DNA from: Azolla caroliniana
Taxonomy: Eukaryota; Plantae; Polypodiophyta
DNA length: 64,000 nt
Direction: 5' to 3'
Assembly: GCA_043228905.1 (NCBI GenBank)
Contig: JBHGNT010000022.1
Span: 12,214,001-12,278,000, forward strand
Position numbers and translations under genes: made by a program. This document shows positions 39,741 through 51,846 of the stretch, piece after piece. The notes below the pieces were generated by a model, which saw only the letters and a program-made list of their open reading frames with translations, was not told where the DNA came from and ran no database searches. Position 1 is the stretch's first letter, and each line of letters begins with the position of its first letter.

Positions 39741-41135
39741 ATGTATACACCGTCTTCGTCAATGCCCAAGGAGCGATCCAGCGAATCGGCCCCTGCTTCT
39801 CCTACGATTGACGGTACTATAGATGTCCAATTGGCACCGGAAGATGAGCTCACTGTTCTCAATGAAGTTAAACGATTGGAGCGGTGCTCTGTTGTTGCCC
39901 AAGTCCTGGGAAAACGACCGAGTAGAGGGGATCTCCGTCATCTTCTCCAGGCAGCCTTAAAGGAAAAATTGGATAAGATAACTGATATTCAATTGATGGG
40001 CCGAGGTTGCTATCAATTGGAGTTTGAAGATCATTCTTCCGTTTGCAATATCCTTTCCATCCACTCGGTAGAAATCTCAGGTGCATGGGTTCTTTTTTTC
40101 CCATGGACCCATGGTTTTGATACGGCAGCCCTACAGGTGGAGGCAACGGGATACTTTACGTGTACTGCTGTTTTTCCAGGTTTAGACAAGGAGTGGAGGG
40201 AGGTTCTTCACAAAATTGGGGCAGCAATAGGTAGAGTTTTACATGTTAACTCATCTACATTCAAGGATATTGTAGAAAAAGGAGGAGCTCCGTCGGTCAA
40301 GTTACTTTGCAAGAAAGATGTAGTGTTACCTAATTGGATTCGCCTTCCAAAACTGCAAGGTAATATGTTTCAAAAAATTCAGAAAGTACTTTACTTTGGG
40401 TTGCCCAACCAATGTTTTTCTTGTAAAAAAATTGGTCATTTAGCAAAAGATTGTTTGATTGTCCATGGGAAGCCTATTGTAGCTATGCATAAGCAAAATA
40501 ATAATGTGGTCACTTCACTGGTGCCTCATGAAACTCAACAAGTAAAGGGTTTTGATATATTGTTAGCTAAAGTGGGTAAGGGAAAAGGTGTTGATATGAG
40601 TTGTTCCAATGTCCCTCAATTTGCACTATCGGAAGGTAGTATGGACACGTTGAGGCAAGATTTAGGAATGTCGATTTCTGCTCCATCTTTGGAGATCATT
40701 CCAGCCATTCCTCCTCCCTTAGTGTTGCCTGAATGTAGTATGGACGCTTTGCAAAAAGATGTAGTTATGCCGGTTTCCGTTTCCTCTTTGGAAATTGTTC
40801 CAGTCATTGACTCAATGCTAGAACAAGATCCGACGAAAGTTAAGGCGTCAGTTCAGAAAATGATAACATCGTTTCAACATAATGATGCAAAGGTAAATGC
40901 TCGATCATATTCAGATGTTTTGCAGACAGGGGTGGGGCAATCACCATATGTTTTTGCATCTGCAAAGGATACTATAGAAGCGCTTGGGAATAGCAAAAAT
41001 AGGGTATATAAAGACCATCGTGTGTTAGTCAAGGATTTCCGTGTGGAAAAAAGAATAACAAGAGCAGTAACTTCATCTCAAAAGGAGAGACAAGTGGTTT
41101 TGACTGATAAGAGGTCTTCTCCATCTCAATCTTGA
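39741..41135 (+). CDS. LINE ORF1 (DUF4283/RRM-like region plus CCHC zinc knuckle)
   Basis: 464-aa ORF with MGRGCYQLEF, FFPW..GFD, IGAAIG.VL and CFSCKKIGHLAKDC. Located directly upstream of ORF2. Confidence 0.88.
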   Translation: MYTPSSSMPKERSSESAPASPTIDGTIDVQLAPEDELTVLNEVKRLERCSVVAQVLGKRPSRGDLRHLLQAALKEKLDKITDIQLMGRGCYQLEFEDHSSVCNILSIHSVEISGAWVLFFPWTHGFDTAALQVEATGYFTCTAVFPGLDKEWREVLHKIGAAIGRVLHVNSSTFKDIVEKGGAPSVKLLCKKDVVLPNWIRLPKLQGNMFQKIQKVLYFGLPNQCFSCKKIGHLAKDCLIVHGKPIVAMHKQNNNVVTSLVPHETQQVKGFDILLAKVGKGKGVDMSCSNVPQFALSEGSMDTLRQDLGMSISAPSLEIIPAIPPPLVLPECSMDALQKDVVMPVSVSSLEIVPVIDSMLEQDPTKVKASVQKMITSFQHNDAKVNARSYSDVLQTGVGQSPYVFASAKDTIEALGNSKNRVYKDHRVLVKDFRVEKRITRAVTSSQKERQVVLTDKRSSPSQS

Positions 41136-41136
41136 T

Positions 41137-44100
41137 ATGTATTATTTTAATATTTTATCTTGGAACCTTCAAGGGTTAGGTACGAGTCGTTGTAATAGAG
41201 TAAGATGTTACTTGAATCAAGAATTATCTTTACCTTCAATAGGTCAACTTGATATGCTATGCTTTCAAGAACACCATCTTAATTCACAAAGGATAGCATC
41301 GAATAGAAATTTACTACGTGGTAATTGGATTTATGAATGGGTTCCGGCTTTTGGACCATCTGGTACTCAAGGTGGCCTTTGTATCGCACTTAAAATGCAA
41401 TGGCAGTCTAATGTACAAGCTAAAGGAGTATTGTTTGGTGGTAGAGTTCAATATATGCTTATTCTTATCTCCGGAAAATTGATTGGTTTTTTGAATGTAT
41501 ATGCTCCGAATTCTGTTACTGGAATAATTCGTTTGTGGAATAAGTTATTGCAAGATCTTCCTGTGGCACAACATTGGTGCATGTGTGGTGATTGGAACAT
41601 GATTGAAAGCCCTAGTGATAGATTAGGTGGATCTTCTACTACTATATCGGGTTTAGAATTGCGTGAGTGGGAAAAGTTAATTTTCAAATATGAAGTTACT
41701 GATTTGTGGCATATTCCAACCTTCTCTCGCATGCCCGATTCCTTATTATACTCACGTTCCAATCGAAGAAGTGTTGCTCTTAATCTGTCGAGAATAGATA
41801 GGTTTTATGCAGATTCTTTTTTTTGGGATCGTGGAGGATATGTGGGTATTATATCAGGCACTTCGTTCTCAGATCATGCCCCGATTATGCTCAAATTCTG
41901 TATGAACAGCCATACTTCTATTTCTCGATTGTATGTGCCAAGGTTTATTGTTGATGATATGAGTTTGCAGAATACAGTTTTGTCAATTTGGAGAATGGCT
42001 GTAGGGGATTCTAATTGTCAAAAATTACAGAATGCTCTTCTCGCAGTTTCCAACTTCTTTATACAACAAGTTAAGTTAAAACAAAGTAGCTACACTAGAA
42101 AATTGCTGAATGCTAAGAGAGGTTTGGCTTCTCTTCAAATTTTGCAAGAAAAACAGCCTCATTCTCAATATATTCATTGTGAATTACAGAATGTTATGAT
42201 GCTTATTTCTTTTCTGCAGCAAAAACGTGCTCAATTTTTTCTTCATGCATCTGCAGCAAGATGGTGTACAAAAGGAGACACCATGTCAAAATTCTTTTTC
42301 CAACATGTTACGCCTAAAAGAAATAAAATTCAGATTGTACAATTGAAAAGATCTGATGGTACAGTTACTATGGATAAAGATGAAATGAGTAACATTGTTG
42401 CTACTTATTATGAGTCGTTGTTATCAGCAGATACTCCAAGTGTTGAAACTCAACAAATGCGCCAAAAAGTATGGGCTGTTACTGTGGTTAAGGTAACATC
42501 TCGGATATCTCTTCAGCTTCTTCGTCCATTTTCATCCTTTGAAATATTACAAGCTATTAAAGGTGTTGGGCCAGATGTGTCCCCGGGAGTAGATGGAATG
42601 GGAAGAGATTTTTTCATTACATATTGGGACTTGATTGCTGAAGATCTATTGGCAGCATTTCAAGAAATGTTCAATACAGGTATTATGCCACAAAAGTGGA
42701 AAGAGGGATTAATATGCCTCATTCCGAAAGGTGAGGTTGTTACGGATGAGGTGAAGGGTTGGCGGCCCATTACTTTATTGAATACAATTTACAAAATCTA
42801 TGCTAAGTTATTGGCTTTGAGATTACAACCTTTTCTTTCAGAGATTGTGCATGACTCACAGACGGGATTTATGCAAGAACGTAGTATTTTTGACAATATT
42901 TTTTTGTTTTGGGAATTAACAGGGATGGCAATGAAAACTAAAGAAGATCTAGCGGTACTTTTATTAGATTTTGAGAAGGCATATGATAGAGTGGATTGGG
43001 ACTTCATGGAAGGTTCATTATTGAGATTAGGTTTTCCTGCGCAGTGGATTAGGGCTGTAGCTTCCTTGTATCGTGAGGCCTTTAGTTCAGTGTTGGTCGC
43101 TGTCGTAGTGTATTTCGTACACTACGTGAAAAAGTAAAAATAATATAACCGATTTAATTACATATAAATAAATAAAATAAGAATATCAAGATATTTATCA
43201 CCAATAAATAAAATAAGAATATCAAGATATTTATCACCAATAAATAAAATAAGAATATCAAGATATTTATCACGTGCATAGGGCAAGATTTGAACCTTGT
43301 ACCTCCACATAGCCAAACCTCAACTTTACCATTATGCTACCTTATCTTTAGTGTTCTATAAATAGATTTAATAACTATAAGTGCTTTATTTACACCTACC
43401 TTTATTAAAAGGTAAATCGTGCATTTTTAGAGTGCGTGAATATTTTATAGAAAAACGCAAGCAACTAAAAAGTGACTCATGCACATCTAGCGTGCATGAG
43501 CACTATATTTAGCAAATAAAAGCAAGGATTAGAAAAGCATCACATCCACATTTAGTGTGCATGAACATATTAGAAAAAAAGCATGTAGCTATGCTTAGTC
43601 TCTCCCATCACTACATAAGGATGGGGAGCACAATGTAATAGGTGTGTGAAATATTTGGAAATTGGATATATTTCCGAAAACACCAACCGATTAATATAAT
43701 CGTGGGATTCACGAAAATAATATAATCTATACTTGTGGGATTCACAAGTTTCTTATATCTTTCTTTCAATCTAAATACATATTCTTATCTAAATATTGAT
43801 TAATCGAATAAAATACACTCGTGGGATTCACGAAATTTCTATCTCTCTTTCTAATAATCTATTCATTACTAGCCTCATCTCATATTCTTCTTTCTCCTAG
43901 TCCAAAACCTCAGTGGTTCCCACCCGACTCACGCAACGATCCGGAGCCGAAAGGCACGACATCGCCGGTGGGCAAACTAGAAAATTTTCTATCTCGCGTT
44001 CGGTTCGTCAAGGTTGTCCATTGGCCCCATTCCTGTTTTTGCTAGTTATGGAAACATTCTCAATGTATTTAAACTCCTCTCAAGTTGCTTTGAAGGGTTT

Positions 44101-46339
44101 GCCTTTGCCTGCCACGCAACAACAAATGTTGGATGCAGAATTTGCAGATGATACTGCAATTTATGTTCAAGGTAATGATGAAAATTTAAGTAAATTGCAA
44201 GAAGTAGTGGAGGAATTTTGTTTGGCCTCTGGAGCAAAGATAAATTGGCATAAATCTCTTGGCTTTTGGGTGTCACAAAATTCCTTGCCTAATTGGATGC
44301 CTTCGCAGGAATTCAAGTGGGTTCCTAATGGAACCACTACTCGTTACTTAGGCTGTCAAGTGGGACTTCATGTTACTGCAGATATGTTAGTTGCTCCTCT
44401 ACTTGTAAAATTAAGAAGAAAATTGTTGCTTTGGGATTCGGTTAACCTGTCACTTGCAGGTCGTATACTTGTAGCTAACCAAGTGTTGTTAGCGACTATT
44501 TGGTATGTTGCTTCAACTACATTGTTTGCTAGATCATGTATTTTACAGGTGCAACGCCTCATTCGTAACTACATTTGGGGAGGGAAAACAGGTCAAGGTA
44601 AAAGGCCTAAAGTAGCTTGGGCAGTATTGATTGCTCCACGACAAAATGGTGGGATGGGGCTGGTAGATCCAGATGCACAGTGTAAGGCTTTGCTTTCTAA
44701 ATTTGTGTGCAGAGCTATGCTGCCAATGCAAGGTGTTTGGAGTCGTTTGATGATGCATAGGTTGTCTACTATGTGCCCATCAATAGGAGGAAAGTGGCAA
44801 CCATCTTTAAGATGGGGTTTTATTCAGAATTTTCATTTGTTTAAAACAACCTTATTAGAAGATAGGTTTTTTAATGGAATTCTCACAAGTTGGTCAGCTG
44901 TCAAAAAGTTTCTAATTCGGAAGGTACCTTCGACAACGGATGACTTGTTGAGACAACCCTTGATCTGGAATTTTCTCTTTTCAGATTCAAGGGGTTTTCT
45001 GCTTGGTAGCCGTCCTCGGTTGAATTGGGCTTCTATGGATGCATCAATAGCAGGTAATGTTCAAGCATGGGGATGCTATGTTATGAATCAACAGTTACAA
45101 CCTTTGTCGAGGCCTTCAGTTCGAGGAAGTGCTATTATGTGCGATAATATGCAAGTGGCATTGGGACAATTTATGGCTTCATGGTCCCCCTCTAGCAATC
45201 AGATTTGGTTTGGTTATTTCTCTCCTCTAAAAGTGATTTTAGGAGCTAAAGTAACTAACACTATGGGTGATGTAATATACTTTAATGTGGATGATGATGG
45301 TAGGTTGTGGCATGTATTTTCTGAATCAGATGTGTGGATATCCGCCAATGTTTCAGCGATTCGAGTAGTTGCAAGATCGGGAAAAAAATGGCTCTTGGAT
45401 CCACCATTTCAAGAATGCTTACGGTGTTGTTCGTTGTGGGTTTTTCAAAAAAAGCCGCTTTATAATTTGGATTGGGATCCAGCTGATTATCAATGGAAAA
45501 AACCGAATGCTAATGGAAATGGTAAACACTTAGAGTTCTTTCAGTATTCAGTTAAGTTAGGTAGAAATTTATTATTGCAATCAAAGTATAAATGCCCGGC
45601 TGCCATGAAGCATTGGATTGCAAATAATGTGAATGAACTACAACTTACAAAATTTTGGAAATGGTTGTGGAGTATGCAGTTGCCGAAAAAAGTTATTTGT
45701 TTTCGTTGGTTGTTGATACATTATGCTCTTCCTGTTGGTGATTGGTTGAGGCAAAATCAGCAATATGCTTGTGGAATGCATTGTGGTGAATCTACGGAAT
45801 CTATTTTGCATTTGTTTTGGATGTGTCCCAAAATCAAGCAATTCTGGAGTAAGTTGTTTTTATTACTAAGAAACCACTATGCTCGTTCTACTTTCTCGTG
45901 GGGTGCAGTATTATGGGGTGTCCTTCATGGAGATGTTATGAATTACGAACGTATGCATGCTTCTCATGTTTTTTACTTTTCCAATGGGTACATCTATCTC
46001 ACTTCATTTCCATTTGTTATTCCTCGGTTTAGAACTGAAAATCTGGTTATTTGGCGTACTGGTACGTCACTAGCGCTGTGGACAATATGGAAAACGAGAT
46101 GCGATGCTGTTTTTAATAATGCTCACATACATCTCAATAATATGCTTATTGAATTCTGGTGGTTATTTGTCCACACCATACGTGGACAATATGATGATTT
46201 GCAGGGTACAACTGATGCTCAAAGGCAACGTCAAGTGGACTTTAAGAAACGGTGGCGACGGCTTCACTTATTTTCAGATACGTCTCCTGGTATGAAGTGG
46301 AATTATTCCATTCCTCCTTTTTTATTGCATAGCTTGTAG
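41137..46339 (+). pseudogene. LINE ORF2 (APE endonuclease, reverse transcriptase, zf-RVT) interrupted by an 861-bp insertion plus 4-bp TSD. Removal restores a 1445-aa ORF
   Basis: SWNLQGL, CFQE, NVYAPN, GDWN, SRIDRF, SDH (APE). WRPITLLN, DFEKAYDRVDW, SVRQGCPLAP, FADD (RT). CGMHCGESTESILHLFWMCP (zinc finger). Joining 43100 to 43966 reads VLVAGGQTRKF in frame. Confidence 0.93.
43101..43961 (+). mobile_element. 861-bp solo-LTR-like element, TGTCGTA...CACGACA, 4-bp TSD TCGC, nested in LINE ORF2
   Basis: TCGC|TGTCG at 43097-43105 and CGACA|TCGC at 43957-43965. Boundaries confirmed by restoration of the LINE reading frame. Internal ~36-bp triple repeat at ~43166-43272. Confidence 0.9.
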
Positions 46340-49097
46340 ATAGTGTTCCATTTGTTCCTATTGTGATATCATCTGTATCATCAGATGTTGGTATGAGGTT
46401 TTGTATTACAATAGAGGTGAGATGAAATGTCTCCCTCTGTTTTCTATATGTACATTTCTCAAGTAATTTACTAAGGTGTATCTTTTTAACAAAAAAAAAA
46501 AAAAACATTAAATGTTTCTTAAAAACTATTATTTTAAGATTATAAAAATTTTAAAACTTTTTTGAAATGTTAAATACTTGTTAAATATGAAGAATATGCC
46601 AAATTCTTAGAATATGTGAAAATTTGAAAAAAGCCAGTTCTAAAATGTAGAATACGTGAGAATACTTCAAAGTATTCTAAAACATATTCTAAACGTAGAA
46701 TATGCGTTTTTTAACAACTATGCCATTATGTATTATATGAGAAATAGCACCCATCCCCAATGTGTATATCAATCTTGACATACGTTCACTAAATCCCATA
46801 TGGGCCAATGACTCCCTGACAAAGAATCCGCATTGTCATAAGTCATTTCTAGATCTAATTGTACCATGACCAACACATGTATGATGTACATTTAGAATAT
46901 TATGTATCGATTCTCATGATAAATCCATATTGTGTGTTGTAAATAAGTGTGGGCTAATTCTTTTGTGACCTATTAACAATGACCTTGGCAAATAACTTGT
47001 ATACTCCAACTTTATTTATTAGAAGATGATAGAGAAAGGAACCTTCGGCAACAACTTTATCAAACCAACTTTCCAAGATTGTGGCATGTGAATTCCAAAC
47101 TTGTTGAAACATAATTGCAATTGGTCCCTTCAACTATTGTACATGTTGTTTAAAAGACTCATTTGTAAGTCCATCCTAGCCAAAGCTTTTATGACAAGAC
47201 AAATGCAACATCACTTTCCACCTCATCGTTTGTAAAATTTGCCTCAATGACTTACATTATCTTGAGACGTATGACCTCACATACTCCTAAAAAACATATT
47301 ATGAGCATTTGTAGCACTTATCGTCAATATTTGTTTCTGAATCAAATAATTGTGTAAAATATTCCTTACACCTTGTTACAATGAATTATGGATCTATATG
47401 CATTTGTCCTCTCACTTCTAGCCTTACTACATTGTATCTAGCATGTGATACATGCAAGGCATGAAAAATTTTATGCAATTGACAATTATTATTGTCTAAC
47501 TCTCGCATCATCTTATAAACTTGAGCTTGTTGATAGTTAATTGTGCATTGCAACGAGCTTTATATGTCTTGAAGCACCGCATCTTAGGGCCAATAATTCA
47601 ACAAATTATTACATTTGTCCATCAAATCAGTCATGTCAATTAATTTTTGTCTTCTTATTGAAGTATGTTGATCCCATAATGTCTAGCCACTTTTTGCACA
47701 TTGGTAACAAATACATCCCATGCAACACATCCTTCAAGTTGAAAAATGTTCCATAAATGCAACCAACAATTTTTCCATGTGTCTATAGAATGCTTCACAA
47801 TGGGGAAAGATTAGCTAAAGCTCATATAGGTTTTTGCTAAATGTCATGAAATTGAACCACCGAATGTTGCGAAGATTCAAATTCAATTGGGAAATGATCG
47901 GACAAGACTTGACCATGATAAATTGTAATATCCAATATACTTGGTAATAAATCAAAATTATGCATTATGTACATTCGATTTAATCAACTCCATGTAGACC
48001 TATATTGCACATATTGAAATGTGTATCTAGGAATCGTCACATTTCAAGACTTCAACCTCAAATGCTTGTAATTCTAGGGCATCCGTCAAAGACTGTGGGG
48101 ATGTGGATTACTCTACTTGGCAACATACATTAAAATCCCCCATGATGATCCCTTTGTTGTCTATGTCAAAGAACAAGAGCTAAAGATTGCCATAATAACC
48201 TCTGGACTTGAGATGCATTCCATGCATGTATAATGTATTCCAACTAGCCGTATTAATTCTCCTTCGTATGAAAAAATCTAGCACAACATATCAGCCTTGA
48301 ACATCTCATGCTATGACATGTGGTTGAAATTGATCCCGTATCATCTCTTAAAACTTATGAATAATCATCAAGCTTTACCCCACCATAACTTTCTATAAGG
48401 TTACTTTCAACATCAGTTTGTATACTTGTGGCCAATGTGGAAAGGCTCCCATAAAAGCATAGTGAGAACCATCATGAGCATATCCTCTTTTCCTTACATT
48501 GTAGACATTTGTGGAAGTCTTGGGGGGGGGGGGTGGGGTGGGGGGATATTTTGTCATAAATATACGAGACACTATTTGCAGACACCAATGCATTTGATAT
48601 GATTTTTTGGCTTGGGAGGTGAAGTTTTGTAATCAATAGATTTGAGATAGGCGAAAGCTTCAGTTGTTTGTACACAAAAGATGATTGTATCACCAAACAA
48701 AAACAAGGAACCATAGTTTTGCTAAGTTGGGGTTTTTTTTTCATATGAATAAAGCAAGGTGGGATTCTAGAGTCCGATAATAAAACTGTCGCACTATTAT
48801 ATACTCGATCAAAGAATTGTATTTCCCGATGGATTCAGGCACTCAAGGAACACTTTTTCCAACAAACACGGGGCATTACAACAATGAACAATGGTGCGAG
48901 AAGGTATCCAAGAGGAGAGTGCGAGGATGCTAGGAATTGAGGGGGTACGATGATTTTCGGAATGAATCCGAGATGACCACGAGTTTCGGCATAGGACAAA
49001 AACAACACCACCACAATTCATTGATAATACACACAAAAAGAGTTTCGTGGATTTGGAAAGCTTTCTCAACACATTGTATGTGGGTGTGTAAATATTC

Positions 49098-49880
<783 letters not shown>

Positions 49881-50532
49881 ATACTTAAATAAAAGAAAAA
49901 AGAAAAAGGAAAAAGAAAAAACCGGGATTGCCGGTGACTTAACCGACAGCTGTCACAGACATAAACCTTAAATAAACAAGCCAACAAATGAATGCATAAA
50001 TAAATAAAAGAAAAAAGAAAAAGAAAAACACCGGCCGTGCCGGTGACTTTACCGACAGCTGTCACAGACAGAAACCTTAAAAGATGAACTGCTGGAGCTT
50101 CCATGTCCTGTTTGCTGTGTGTTTGCAGAAGCCTGCTTTTCCAGGAATTAGGGTTTCTCCTTCTCCTTCCCTACCTCTTTGAAATTAGGGGTTTTATTTC
50201 CTCTTCTGCCTTCATGGAACAAGTAAGCAGAACTTGTGCAGAGATCATCCCCCCCTCCAGATCTAGGGTTTGTGGCTGGAAATTCAGGTTCCACGATCCT
50301 TAGTCTTCCTCTTTGAAAAATCATCAATCGCGGGCTCTGTCAAATCTACAGGTTAGTTCTTCTTCTTCTTCTTCTTTACAGATCGTTCCTCAGAGCTACA
50401 GGTCTGAAGAAATATGACCATTTGTTTTCTTCTTCTCCTTGTTTTTAACAGGAGACAAAGATCTTCAATTTTTTTTAGGTTTTCCTTTTTTTTTTGTGTG
50501 TTGGGTTACTGTAAATTCATTTTGTAAAGTTC

Positions 50533-51846
50533 ATGGGGACTGTGGTCTTGCTTCCTCGAGATGTCCACCATGTTGATCGAGATGCACCAGCATCATCATC
50601 ATCATCAAATAATGTACCAATTCATGCAACAAATGATTATGCATCAAGGCATGCAACAAATCATCATGCATCAAATGCTCTGATTCGGAGGGGCAATGAA
50701 GGAAAGCGACCGAAGATGAAAAATTTGTACAAAGTTGTCAAAAACTCACCCCCGAAATCCAACGATGTCCAAACCCTCACAATTTTGCAAAGACCCAAAC
50801 TGCCAGATGCAGTCGATTTTCAGATGATTTCCAAGTTCATGGTGAAGACCGATAGTGCAGATGCATCCAGTACTTCAAATGGAGTGAAGAAATCAGATCC
50901 TTCCCTTTGTAACGAGAAAGAGGAAACAAGGATACTTGATGGGTCCAAAAAAGGTTATGGAAAGGCTCATCCTCCAAAAATTGCAATAGAGATGGAAAAG
51001 GATGGGATTAAGGCCAAGAAAGTCATTTTGGATGTGAAAACTGACAAATCAAAGCCATCCAAAATTAGTCATAATTCGATACCCAAATTTCAGAAGGATT
51101 CAATGCTGAACAGTGGAAAATCTGACAACAGCAAAACAAACTTTAATGTTCTGGAGAATCCTGAAAATCTGCCTATTAGCAAGAATACTCTCAATTTTGT
51201 TGAAAAGAACCACCAAAATACATCGCAAAATCTGCATCTTGCAAAGACGGCTTCCAAAGTTGTGCTAAAAAGTCAACAAAATGCACCTGGAAATCTGGTG
51301 AAGCTCCGAGGAAATGTTTCAACACCTTCAACTGAGGTCAAATTAGAGCAAGAAATCTCGAATAAGAAAGTCAAAGATGTGGATTTAACCTACGATTTCC
51401 TTTCATATCCACACATGGTTGGGGTGGGCTTGAGACGTGCCTCGACAGACCCTCAATCGATACAACGTTTGGCTAGGGAGATGACTAAGATCTCATGCAA
51501 TACAGAAGCTAATAATTATGAACCTTCATCCCATTCGACAAAAAATGATTTGGTCACTAACTATGAATCATACAACGAGAAGTGGGCGGGCCCTGCATAT
51601 TCATCATCGCCGGCCCCAAGTGCGTTACCCCTTCCCAAGTTCACAATGTCAAATATGAGGTTACCATTGCCAAGTATGAAGGCATCTTATGACTTTAGAG
51701 ACAGTAGAATCATACCAAAAATGCCTGTTGAGCAAAGTAACACTTCATATGGTGTTGGACCATCTATCTGCTCTGCCTCTGTAGGGGCATATGATGTGGT
51801 CCTTGCCACAAAGAGTCTTCGAAAAATGCTAAATTTGGACCTCTGA
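50533..51846 (+). CDS. Plant PNRC-motif (proline-rich nuclear receptor coactivator-like) protein, largely disordered
   Basis: 437-aa single-exon ORF with WAGPAYSSSPAPSALPLPKF (PNRC motif) and C-terminal ATKSLRKMLNLDL, both typical of this plant family. Probable 5'-UTR intron at ~50352-50451. Confidence 0.82.
   Translation: MGTVVLLPRDVHHVDRDAPASSSSSNNVPIHATNDYASRHATNHHASNALIRRGNEGKRPKMKNLYKVVKNSPPKSNDVQTLTILQRPKLPDAVDFQMISKFMVKTDSADASSTSNGVKKSDPSLCNEKEETRILDGSKKGYGKAHPPKIAIEMEKDGIKAKKVILDVKTDKSKPSKISHNSIPKFQKDSMLNSGKSDNSKTNFNVLENPENLPISKNTLNFVEKNHQNTSQNLHLAKTASKVVLKSQQNAPGNLVKLRGNVSTPSTEVKLEQEISNKKVKDVDLTYDFLSYPHMVGVGLRRASTDPQSIQRLAREMTKISCNTEANNYEPSSHSTKNDLVTNYESYNEKWAGPAYSSSPAPSALPLPKFTMSNMRLPLPSMKASYDFRDSRIIPKMPVEQSNTSYGVGPSICSASVGAYDVVLATKSLRKMLNLDL

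Larger units (their letters stand above)
39384..46499 (+). mobile_element. Full-length L1-clade LINE with 17-bp TSD (AAAAAACATTAAATGTT) and poly(A) tail
   Basis: TSD at 39367-39383 and 46500-46516. A-run 46491-46505. Contains 5' UTR, ORF1 and ORF2. Confidence 0.93.

Noticed and set aside
43101-43961. Retrozyme (hammerhead-containing element), suggested by the 4-bp TSDs here and at 23494-24145
   Set aside because: No CTGANGA...GAAA hammerhead core seen on either strand by eye, and no paired LTRs within the elements.
46730-48400. Possible decayed transposase region
   Set aside because: No recognisable motif or terminus could be read, so it is left unannotated.
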